From Myxococcota bacterium (GTDB lineage Bacteria; Myxococcota_A; UBA9160; UBA4427): 64,000 nucleotides of DNA. Shown piece after piece: positions 35,957 through 44,419 of this stretch. Location: the NCBI GenBank assembly GCA_965250285.1, contig OZ252299.1, forward strand, positions 4,544,001-4,608,000, written 5' to 3'. A program made the position numbers and the translations under genes. How positions within the stretch are numbered: position 1 is the first letter of the stretch; each line of letters opens with the position of its first letter. Below the pieces are notes generated by a model. That model had not been told where the DNA came from and did no database searches. It worked only from the letters and a program-made list of their open reading frames with translations.

Positions 35957-36985
35957 ATGAGCACGCTGCGCTTCGCGGCGATCGGTCTCGATCACCCTCA
36001 CATCTTCGGACAGGTCTCGGCGCTGCTCGCCGCCGGCGGCGAGCTGGTCGCATTCCACGCGAGCCTGCCCGACCAGGTCGCGGGGTTCGCTCGCGCGTTC
36101 CGCAACGCACGTCAAGCCGAGAGCGAGCAGGAGATTCTCGACGACGAGTCGATCCAGGTCGTGACATCGGCCGCGATCCCCGGCGACCGCGCCGCCCTGG
36201 CCCTGCGCGCGATGCGGCACGGCAAGGACGTGCTGATGGACAAGCCCGGCGCGACGACCCTCGACCAGGTGGCCGAGCTGCGGCGCGTGCAGGCCGAGAC
36301 CGGTCGCATCTTCAGCGTCTTCTTCTCGGAGCGCCACGAGAACCGCGCCACGGTCAAGGCGTGCGAGCTGGTGCGGGGCGGCGCCATTGGCGACGTGGTG
36401 CAGATCGTCGGGCTCGGCCCGCACCGCGCCAACCTGCCCGCGAGACCGCCCTGGTTTCTCGAGCGCGAGCGCTATGGCGGCATCCTCTGCGACATCGCGT
36501 CGCATCAAGTCGACCAGTTCTTGTGGCTCGCTCAGGCCGACGACGCCGAGATCACGCACTCGCTCGTCGCCAACTACAAGCACCCCGAGCACCCCGGCCT
36601 CGAGGACTACGGCGAGATCCATCTGAGGGCCGGACACGTACACGGCCTGGCGCGCGTCGACTGGTACACGCCCGACGGGCTGCCGACCTGGGGCGACGGT
36701 CGGCTCTTCGTGCTCGGCACCGAGGGCTACGTCGAAGCGCGCAAGTACTGCGACGTCGGCGGTCGCACGGGCGAGAACCACCTGATCCACGTCGATGGCC
36801 GCGAAACGCGGCGCCTCGACTGCTCGCAGGTCGCCCTGCCCTTTGCCCCGCGCTTCGTCGCCGACGTGCGGGACCGCACCGAGACAGCGATGCCGCAGGC
36901 GCATACGTTCCGGGTGTGCGAGATCGCGATCGAGGCCGAAGCGAAAGCCGAGCGCCTCGGTCATCTGACGGGGGACGCGTCGTGA
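35957..36985 (+). CDS. Gfo/Idh/MocA family oxidoreductase
   Basis: GKDVLMDKP, GGILCDIASHQVD. Confidence 0.9.
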   Translation: MSTLRFAAIGLDHPHIFGQVSALLAAGGELVAFHASLPDQVAGFARAFRNARQAESEQEILDDESIQVVTSAAIPGDRAALALRAMRHGKDVLMDKPGATTLDQVAELRRVQAETGRIFSVFFSERHENRATVKACELVRGGAIGDVVQIVGLGPHRANLPARPPWFLERERYGGILCDIASHQVDQFLWLAQADDAEITHSLVANYKHPEHPGLEDYGEIHLRAGHVHGLARVDWYTPDGLPTWGDGRLFVLGTEGYVEARKYCDVGGRTGENHLIHVDGRETRRLDCSQVALPFAPRFVADVRDRTETAMPQAHTFRVCEIAIEAEAKAERLGHLTGDAS

Positions 36986-38049
36986 GCCGCAAGCTGCGCG
37001 TCGCCGTGGTCGGCCTCGGCGTCGGCTTTCAGCATCTCTCGGCGTATCGCACGCTGCCCGACCTCTACGAGCTGGCCGCTGTCTGCGACCCGGTCGAGTC
37101 GAAGCGCGATCTCGCGGTGAACGTGCTTGGCGTCGAACAGGGCTTCGACGACTTCGAGGCGCTGCTGGCGATGGACGATCTCGACGTCGTCGACATCTGC
37201 ACGCCGCCCGACCTCCACCGGCCCATGGTCGAGGCCGCCCTCGCACGCGGCCTCGACGTCATCTGTGAGAAGCCCCTCGCCGGCTCGCTCGCCGACGTCG
37301 ACGCGATCGCGGCGTGTGAGCGAGAGAGTCGCGGCCGCCTGATGCCGATCTTCCAGTACCGCTTCGGTCGGGGCATCGAGCGCATGCGGCGGCTGATCGC
37401 ATCGGATGTGGTCGGCAAGCCGTACGTCGCCAGCGTCGAGACCTACTGGCGACGCGATGCGAGTTACTACGCCGTCGAGTGGCGCGGCCGCTTCGACACC
37501 GAGCTCGGCGGTGTCTGTGTTTCACACGCGATCCACTCACACGACCTGATCATGAGCCTGCTCGGCCCGGTGCGCCGCGTCTTCGCCCATGTCGATACGC
37601 GGGTGAACGACATCGAGACCGAAGACTGCGCGGTCGCCACGCTGCAGTTCGAGAACGGCGCGCTCGCGACCTTGAGCGCCACGCTCGGCTCGGCACGCGA
37701 GTTCTCGCGGCTGCGCCTCGCGTTCGAGCATCTCTCGGCCGAGTCGTCGACGCGCCCCTACCAGCCGGGCAGCGAGCCGTGGACGTTCGAGCCCGGCACC
37801 GAGGCCGATGGGGCGGCGATCGACAGCGCCCTCGACGGCTTCGAGCCCGGCCCCGAGCTGTATGCCGGTCAGTTCACGGCGTTTCACCGGGCGATCACCG
37901 AAGGCGCCACGCCACCCGTCACCGTCGCCGACGCGCGCGCCGCCATCGAGCTGGTCACGGCGATCTATCACGCATCGCGCAGCGGGCAGCCGGTCGACCT
38001 GCCGATCGACGCGTCGCATCCGCTCTACGCCGGGTGGATCCCGGGCTAG
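36982..38049 (+). CDS. Gfo/Idh/MocA family oxidoreductase
   Basis: VAVVGLGVG, ICTPPDLH, VICEKP. GTGA overlap with the previous gene. Confidence 0.9.
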   Translation: MSRKLRVAVVGLGVGFQHLSAYRTLPDLYELAAVCDPVESKRDLAVNVLGVEQGFDDFEALLAMDDLDVVDICTPPDLHRPMVEAALARGLDVICEKPLAGSLADVDAIAACERESRGRLMPIFQYRFGRGIERMRRLIASDVVGKPYVASVETYWRRDASYYAVEWRGRFDTELGGVCVSHAIHSHDLIMSLLGPVRRVFAHVDTRVNDIETEDCAVATLQFENGALATLSATLGSAREFSRLRLAFEHLSAESSTRPYQPGSEPWTFEPGTEADGAAIDSALDGFEPGPELYAGQFTAFHRAITEGATPPVTVADARAAIELVTAIYHASRSGQPVDLPIDASHPLYAGWIPG

Positions 38050-39407
38050 TCGGTCGCGGCCGACCCAGCCCGCTTCGGCAGCTCGACGATCAGCACGCTC
38101 CCGCCGCTGTCTCGCGCTTCACAGCGCGCGCGGCCGCCATGATGCGCCGCAATCTCGGCCACGAGCGCGAGCCCCAGGCCCACGCCGCCATGCTCCGTCT
38201 CGGAATGATCGACCCTGCGAAAGAACGGCTCGAAGATGCGTTCGCGATCCTCGGGCGGTACGCCGGGGCCGGCATCGGTGACGCACAGCCGGACCATCCC
38301 CGAAGCGTCGTCGCACACCACGTCGACCTCGATCGGTGGGGCGCCGTGCCGGTCGGCGTTCTCGAGCAGATTGCGAATCAGCCGTCTCAGCATACGCGGG
38401 TCGCCCGCGACCTCGGCCGGTCCACCGGTGACGCGCGCCGCGACGCGCTCGGCTTCGTCGCGGGCGAGTGCGGTCAGATCGACGGGGGCCGATGCATCGC
38501 CGCCGGCCGGCCCCGAATCGAGGCGCGCCGCGAGGAGCAGATCGTCGATCAGCGCGTCGAGCTCGGCGATGTCGCGCTCGGCCTCGGCCAGCAGATCGGG
38601 GCGGCCGGTCGCGAGCAGCTCGACCGCCGCGCGCAGCCGACCGAGCGGTGAACGAAGCTCGTGCGATGCGCTCGCGAGCATGCGGCTCTGCGACTCGACG
38701 GCGTGCTGAATCTTCTCGGCCGCCTGGTTGAAGGCGCGCGCCACGTCGGCGACCTCGTTGCGCCCCTCGACCTCGACGCGCGTCGAGAGATCGCCCTCGC
38801 CGAGCTCCGACACACCCGTGCGCAGCCGTTCGAGGCCGCGCGTGATGCGGCGCGACACCGGGTAGGCCGCCACCGCGATCGCAGCGGCGAAGAGCAGCAT
38901 GAAGAGCCAAGGCTGTAGGGCCGGCGGACGCCGCGGGCCCCTCGACACCAGCTCGAGGAGCCCGCCGCCTGGCAGATCGATCGCGACGCGGGCGAGCGGG
39001 GGCGGCCGGCGATGCCCGCCGGCCCAAGGCGGACCGCGGTGATCGGCCGGCGACGCGTCTTCGCGCATGGGCCCTGCGCCGTCGTCCGGCACGCTCGCTT
39101 CGGTGGCTTCGGCGCGTCGACGGGCGCCCCGACCCGCCGTGGCCACCACGTCGCCCCGCGCGTTCCAGAGCACGGCCGTCACCCGGTGCGTCCGCGCGAG
39201 CGCGCGCAGCGCCTCGCGCGTGGCCTCGGGCTCGCCGCTCGGCGGCAACGCTTCGATGATCTCGACGCCCACCTCGCGCAGGCGCAGCTCTTCGGCCTCG
39301 AGCCGGCCCTGGAAGTACCAGACGCCGAACGCGCCGACGCCGAGCATCGCGACGAGGGCCGAAGCGATCACGCTCAGGTAGATCTCGACGTAGATCCGCC
39401 GCATCAC
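38046..39407 (-). CDS. HAMP-domain sensor histidine kinase (CpxA-like)
   Basis: Two TMs, HAMP, ASHELRSPL H-box, NLLENA, D.GPG, GVGLGL. Confidence 0.93.
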   Translation of the reverse strand: MMRRIYVEIYLSVIASALVAMLGVGAFGVWYFQGRLEAEELRLREVGVEIIEALPPSGEPEATREALRALARTHRVTAVLWNARGDVVATAGRGARRRAEATEASVPDDGAGPMREDASPADHRGPPWAGGHRRPPPLARVAIDLPGGGLLELVSRGPRRPPALQPWLFMLLFAAAIAVAAYPVSRRITRGLERLRTGVSELGEGDLSTRVEVEGRNEVADVARAFNQAAEKIQHAVESQSRMLASASHELRSPLGRLRAAVELLATGRPDLLAEAERDIAELDALIDDLLLAARLDSGPAGGDASAPVDLTALARDEAERVAARVTGGPAEVAGDPRMLRRLIRNLLENADRHGAPPIEVDVVCDDASGMVRLCVTDAGPGVPPEDRERIFEPFFRRVDHSETEHGGVGLGLALVAEIAAHHGGRARCEARDSGGSVLIVELPKRAGSAATD

Positions 39408-40129
39408 GACGACGTCGTCTCGCTCGCGCTCGCGTCATCGGCGGCGACGAACCGGTAGCCCACCCCGCGCACCGTCAGAATGCGACGGGGATGGCGCGGG
39501 TCGTCTTCGATCACCGCACGAATGCGAGAGATGTGCACGTCGATGCTGCGATCGAACGCGCCGTGAACCTCACCGCTCGTGGCCTCCATCAGCGCATCGC
39601 GCGAGACCACTCGCCCCGCGCGCTCGGCGAGCAGCAGCAGCAGATCGAACTGGCGCGTCGTGAGATCGCACGCCGCCCCGTCGAGCCGCGCCGCCCGGGC
39701 ACCGCGGTCGAGCTCGAGACGCCCGAAGCGCAACACGTCGGCGGCACGCGTCGGGCTGCCGACCGAACGCGGCCGACGCAGCACGGCGCGAATTCGAGCG
39801 AGCAGCTCGCGCAAGGAGAAGGGCTTCGGCAGGTAGTCGTCGGCACCGAGCTCGAGACCGACCACACGATCGGTCTCGTCGCCTCGGGCCGTCAGCATGA
39901 TGATGGGGACGTCGCTCTCGGCGCGAATCTGCCGACAGAGATCGAAGCCATCGGCGTCGGGCAGCATGACGTCGAGCAGCACGGCGTCGAAGTCGTCGCG
40001 TTCGAGCGCTGCGAGCCCGGCCTCACCGCGCTCGTAGTGATCGAGCGCAAAGCCGTGCTCGCCGAGATAGTCACGGACCATCCCGGCGAGCCGACTGTCG
40101 TCTTCGATCATCAAGAGCCGTGCGCTCAT
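39404..40129 (-). CDS. OmpR/CpxR-family response regulator
   Basis: IEDD, LDVMLP, GADDYLPKPF, DRSIDVHISRIR, TVRGVGY. Confidence 0.95.
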   Translation of the reverse strand: MSARLLMIEDDSRLAGMVRDYLGEHGFALDHYERGEAGLAALERDDFDAVLLDVMLPDADGFDLCRQIRAESDVPIIMLTARGDETDRVVGLELGADDYLPKPFSLRELLARIRAVLRRPRSVGSPTRAADVLRFGRLELDRGARAARLDGAACDLTTRQFDLLLLLAERAGRVVSRDALMEATSGEVHGAFDRSIDVHISRIRAVIEDDPRHPRRILTVRGVGYRFVAADDASASETTSS

Positions 40130-40176
40130 CTCGCCTCGTCTCGGGCGCATCTCGCGCCGGCCTCGACGTCGTTTCG

Positions 40177-40674
40177 CTACTCGTCCGGCGTGTGACCGCC
40201 TCGCCGACCATGCCGTTCGAGACGCTCGCTCATCGCCGACGCGATCGCGACTCGCTGCTCCTGGCTCAGCAGGCTCGCCGACTCGACGAGCGCATCGAGC
40301 ATGACCGCCTTCGACGCGGCCCTCACCTGCTCGTGCTCGAAGCGCAGCGCGTTGATCGCCGTCGCGTCGACCGTCTCGGCGGTGAGCAGCTCGAGCATCT
40401 GCTCGCGGAAGCCGCGGCGCGAGTACCCGTCGCGCAGCGCCTCGGCTTCGGCCTGGGCTTCATCGATGATCGCAACGATCTGCACGCGCTGTTCGTCGGT
40501 GGCCTCGGCCTGATCGAGCGCCTTGTTCAGCATGAACTCGCGAAACTCGGCCGAGCCATGGCGCCCGTGGCGCGGGCCCATGGCGAAGGCGCCGTACGTC
40601 GCGAAGACCAGAAGGGTGACGACACTGCCGGCCGCGATCCAGCGGCGCGAAGATCGATTCGGGGTTCGGGGCAT
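40177..40674 (-). CDS. Spy/CpxP family periplasmic protein
   Basis: Signal peptide, ATDEQR and LLSQEQR (LTxxQ-like) motifs, directly upstream of the RR/HK pair. Confidence 0.8.
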   Translation of the reverse strand: MPRTPNRSSRRWIAAGSVVTLLVFATYGAFAMGPRHGRHGSAEFREFMLNKALDQAEATDEQRVQIVAIIDEAQAEAEALRDGYSRRGFREQMLELLTAETVDATAINALRFEHEQVRAASKAVMLDALVESASLLSQEQRVAIASAMSERLERHGRRGGHTPDE

Positions 40675-40799
40675 GGTGGACTCTCCTCTTCTCTCATTCT
40701 CTCGGGCCGCGAGGCCCGTGCTCGGGGCGCGTCGATCGGGCCTTCCCGATCGTCGAGTCGAAGAGTCGTCCCCTCCCCTTGCTCGCGTTTCTCTCGAAC

Positions 40800-40814
40800 G
40801 TAAAGAAGTGTAAA
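40800..40814. promoter_or_regulatory. CpxR-type binding box GTAAA-N5-GTAAA
   Basis: GTAAAgaagtGTAAA, about 125 bp upstream of the cpxP-like start. Confidence 0.7.
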
Positions 40815-40839
40815 GACGCGATGCCCGGCGGGGCCGGGG

Positions 40840-41370
40840 TCAGTTGCGGTCGACGAGGACCCGCCCCGATCGCGCGAAGGACACCCCGTGCGTCCCGATC
40901 TTGCCGATCATGATCGCCTCGAGCATCGGCTCGTGCACCGAACGCTCGGCGACCCACTCGACCAGAAAGTTGGCGCCGACGCCGCCCTCGACGTCGCGCG
41001 TCGCGACCACGAACGAGGTGCTCTCGAGCGGGCCGAGGCTGAGGGGGCGCTCGAGGTAGGCCTGGACCAGCTCACCGGCGCTGTCGAAGTAGTCGACGCG
41101 ATTGATCGTGATCGAGAAGGCGGGGTCGGTGTTGCGGACGCTCAGGGTCGCTTCGAGCGAGTAGGGCTGACCGCCGAGATGGTAGACGTGGCTGTAGATC
41201 GGGACGTAGACGAGCTGCCCGGCCGCGGCGCGGTCGAGGGGCACGCGGTCGGCCTCAGCGACGTTGGGGGTCGGGGGCGCGTAGTCGCGCGTCACCGGCG
41301 GCCGCGGCCGGTCGTCCGAGCAGGCGAGCATTCCCAGCGTGGCGATCACGAGCAAGATTCGAACGGCCAT
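40840..41370 (-). CDS. DUF3124 family lipoprotein
   Basis: YVPIYSHVY, TLSVRNTD, GG.GANFLVEW, P..EAIMIG; lipobox LAC. Confidence 0.88.
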   Translation of the reverse strand: MAVRILLVIATLGMLACSDDRPRPPVTRDYAPPTPNVAEADRVPLDRAAAGQLVYVPIYSHVYHLGGQPYSLEATLSVRNTDPAFSITINRVDYFDSAGELVQAYLERPLSLGPLESTSFVVATRDVEGGVGANFLVEWVAERSVHEPMLEAIMIGKIGTHGVSFARSGRVLVDRN

Positions 41371-41464
41371 CCACCGACCTCCCAGCCTCGGAGGGTATCC
41401 CACGGGACGCCCCGACCGCGCGGGTGGCCCCGCGATCGTGTCCCGGCGCCCGGCACCCGCCGTC

Positions 41465-41470
41465 TATAAT
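41465..41470 (+). promoter_or_regulatory. Candidate sigma70 -10 element
   Basis: Perfect TATAAT 33 bp before ATG 41504 in GC-rich DNA. Confidence 0.5.
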
Positions 41471-41503
41471 ACGGCTCCACCCGACACGGAGAGAAGCCGA
41501 GCC

Positions 41504-43183
41504 ATGCCTCATGACATCGTGATCCGAAACGGCGAGCTGGTCGACGGAACCGGCAGCGAACCCACCCGCGGCGACCTGGCCATCGAAGGCGGCGTCATCA
41601 CCGAGATGGGCGAGGTGAGTGGGCGCGGCGCTCAAGAGATCGACGCCGAGGGACACGTCGTCACACCCGGCTTCGTCGACATCCATACCCACCTCGACGC
41701 CCAGATCGGCTGGGATCCGGGCTGCACACCCGTCAGCTGGCACGGCGTGACCACCGTGCTGCTCGGCAACTGCGGCGTGACGTTCGCCCCGTGCAAGCCC
41801 GACGATCGCGAGCTGCTCGCGGGCATGATGGAGACGGTCGAGGACATCCCGAAGGATGCGATCCTCGGCGGCCTGCCCTGGGATTGGGAGGACTACGGTG
41901 GCTACCTCGACGCGCTCGAGCGGCTCGAGCCCGGTCTCAACGTGGCGGGTTTGATCGGTCACTGCGCGCTGCGCTTCTACGTCATGGGCGAGCGCGGCGT
42001 CGAGGAGCAGGCGACCCAGGACGAGAAGCGCGAGATGGCCGCGCTCGTCGGCGCAGCCATCGACGCGGGCGCCGTCGGCTTCTCGACCAATCGATTCCCG
42101 CCCCATGTGCTGCCCGACGGCCGCTCGATCCCCGGCACGTTCGCCGACCCGTCCGAGCTGATGGAGATCGCGAAGGAGGTCGGCGCCCGCGACGCGCTGA
42201 TGCAGAACGTGCTCGATTGGGGGGGCGACCCGGGCACGTTCGAGATGGTGCGCGAGATGGCGCGCACGTCGGGCGGTCGGGTGCTGTTCAGCTTTGGCGT
42301 CGGCGAATCGCCCGACGGGGCCGGCGCGGTGAGCGTGATGGATCAGATCGTCGACGGCGGCCTCGACATCAGCGCCGTCACCCAGCCGCGCGGCTCGGGC
42401 TGGGTGATGGGTCTGCAGGGCCTGCTGCCCGTGGGTGGGAGCGTGTGGCGGGAGTTCAGGCAGAAGGGCTTCGACGATCGGCTCGCGGCCATCAGCGACC
42501 CCGACTACCGACATCGCCTCATCGAGGCGGCGAAGACCGAGAAGCGGGTGATCGACGCCACCGCCTTCTACTACATGGGCGACGGCGAGTCGCCGCAGTA
42601 TGCGGGCCTGTCGGAGCGCGACAGCCTCGCGGCGCTGGCCGAGCAGGTGGGGGAGCACTGGAGCGAGACGTTCCTGCGCCTCTCGCTCGAAACCCGGGGC
42701 AAGGCGCTCTTCACCTACCGCATGTTCAACGTGCACATGGATGCGCTCGAGCGCCTGCTGCAGCGCCCCAACGTGTTCCCGATCCTCGGCGACGCCGGCG
42801 CCCACGTGTCGCAGATCATGGATGCCGGCTGGTCGAGCTTCGTGCTCTCGCACTGGGTGCGCGACAAGGGTCTCTTCACGATGGGCGACGCGATCCGGCG
42901 CATGACCTCGGCGCCGGCGCGCATCATCGGGCTGGCGGATCGAGGCACGCTGGCGCCGGGCATGCGCGCCGACGTGAACGTGATCGATCCGGCGACCGTG
43001 GCCGAGCTGCATCCCGAGATCGTGCACGACTTCCCGGGTGAAGCGCCGCGCTACATCCAGCGATCGAAGGGGTACAAGGCAACACTGGTCAATGGTCGCG
43101 TCAACGTGCGCGACGGCGAGCTCACCGGCGAGCGCGCTGGCGGGGTCCTTCGCCACCAGTCGAGGTCGCCGCGCTCGGCCTGA
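41504..43183 (+). CDS. N-acyl-D-amino-acid deacylase family amidohydrolase
   Basis: VDGTG, PGFVDIHTHLD, GNCG, DAGAH, RGTLAPGMRAD. Confidence 0.9.
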   Translation: MPHDIVIRNGELVDGTGSEPTRGDLAIEGGVITEMGEVSGRGAQEIDAEGHVVTPGFVDIHTHLDAQIGWDPGCTPVSWHGVTTVLLGNCGVTFAPCKPDDRELLAGMMETVEDIPKDAILGGLPWDWEDYGGYLDALERLEPGLNVAGLIGHCALRFYVMGERGVEEQATQDEKREMAALVGAAIDAGAVGFSTNRFPPHVLPDGRSIPGTFADPSELMEIAKEVGARDALMQNVLDWGGDPGTFEMVREMARTSGGRVLFSFGVGESPDGAGAVSVMDQIVDGGLDISAVTQPRGSGWVMGLQGLLPVGGSVWREFRQKGFDDRLAAISDPDYRHRLIEAAKTEKRVIDATAFYYMGDGESPQYAGLSERDSLAALAEQVGEHWSETFLRLSLETRGKALFTYRMFNVHMDALERLLQRPNVFPILGDAGAHVSQIMDAGWSSFVLSHWVRDKGLFTMGDAIRRMTSAPARIIGLADRGTLAPGMRADVNVIDPATVAELHPEIVHDFPGEAPRYIQRSKGYKATLVNGRVNVRDGELTGERAGGVLRHQSRSPRSA

Positions 43184-43267
43184 CTCGAGGTCGTCGCCCG
43201 CTCCTCTTTTTGATTGCGCGAGGACGTGCCAGGGGGCACGCTCCCGTCGACTCAGGAGGAGCGCCCC

Positions 43268-44419
43268 ATGGCCCCGCATCACCCCATTCGCCTCGCCGCC
43301 TCGGTCGCCTGCGGGCTGCTCATCTTGGCCGGTGCCGGCTGCCGAGAGGCCGAGCCGCCGGCCGAGCTGCCGCCGCGGGCGATTCGTTGGACGGAGGTCA
43401 CGAGCGACCTTCCCGCCGAGCAGCGCACGATCTCGGGCATCGTCATGGCCGTCGACGAGACGGCGCTCGCCTTCGAAGTGGGCGGCACGGTGCTCGACGT
43501 CGAGGTGAACCTCGGCGACCACGTCGAGCGCGACCAGGTGCTCGCGCGGCTCGACCCCGAGCCCTTCGAGCTGACCGTGCGTGACGCCGAGGCCGAGCTG
43601 ACCGCATCGGTCGCCCGCAACGAGGCCGCGCAGGCCAACTACGAGCGCACCCAGGCGCTGTTCAACGAGAACGTGGCGAGCGAGCAAGAGCTCGACCGCG
43701 ACATCGCTCAGCGCGACTCGACCTCGAGCCGCGTCGATGCCGCTCGTGCGCGGCTGAATCTCGCTCGCCGCGACTTGCGCCGTTCGGTGCTGCGGGCCCC
43801 CTTCGACGGCGCCATCTCGGTGCGCAACGTCGACCCGGCGATGAAGCTCGCAAGCGGTGAAGTCGCCTTCGAGATGGACAGCGAAGAGAGCGGCCTGCGG
43901 GTCGAGGTGCAGATGCCCGAGACGCTGATCGCGCGGATCGAGCGCGGCATGGTGGCCGAGGCGTCGTTCCCCTCCGTCGGCGCGGTGAACGATCAGGCCG
44001 CAGCGCCGGTCGAGGCGAAGGTCACTGAGGTCGGTACGCGCGCCGGCACCGGCAACGCCTTTCCCGTCCGGGCCGATCTGGTCGAGACACCTCCGGGGAT
44101 TCGCTCGGGGATGACCGCCGAGGTCACCTTCTCGCTGCCCCGGGTCGACGCCGATGAGCTCGGCTTCGACGGGTTCCTGGTGCCCTTTGCGGCGATCCGC
44201 ATCGAGGAGGACGGTGGTTTCTCGACGTTCGTCTTCGACGAGGCCAGCTCGACGGTGAGCATCACGCCGGTCGTGACCGGCGGGGTCCGCGACAACGAGA
44301 TCGCCGTGCTCTCGGGGCTGAGCGAAGGCGACGTGATCGCAACCGCGGGCGTGTCCTTCTTGCGGGACGGTCAAACCGTCACGCTCCTCGAACAGCTCTG
44401 GGGTACGGGCGAACGATGA
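43268..44419 (+). CDS. RND efflux periplasmic adaptor subunit
   Basis: Lipobox AGC, LAFEVGG, LRAPFDG, SGLSEGD.I..AG. Confidence 0.93.
   Translation: MAPHHPIRLAASVACGLLILAGAGCREAEPPAELPPRAIRWTEVTSDLPAEQRTISGIVMAVDETALAFEVGGTVLDVEVNLGDHVERDQVLARLDPEPFELTVRDAEAELTASVARNEAAQANYERTQALFNENVASEQELDRDIAQRDSTSSRVDAARARLNLARRDLRRSVLRAPFDGAISVRNVDPAMKLASGEVAFEMDSEESGLRVEVQMPETLIARIERGMVAEASFPSVGAVNDQAAAPVEAKVTEVGTRAGTGNAFPVRADLVETPPGIRSGMTAEVTFSLPRVDADELGFDGFLVPFAAIRIEEDGGFSTFVFDEASSTVSITPVVTGGVRDNEIAVLSGLSEGDVIATAGVSFLRDGQTVTLLEQLWGTGER

Noticed and set aside
41255..44374. Very long antisense or alternative-frame ORFs (1039 aa here; also 27523..29910, 54148..56388, 845..2629 and others)
   Set aside because: Shadow ORFs of real genes in high-GC DNA: Arg/Ala/Gly-rich and without motifs.
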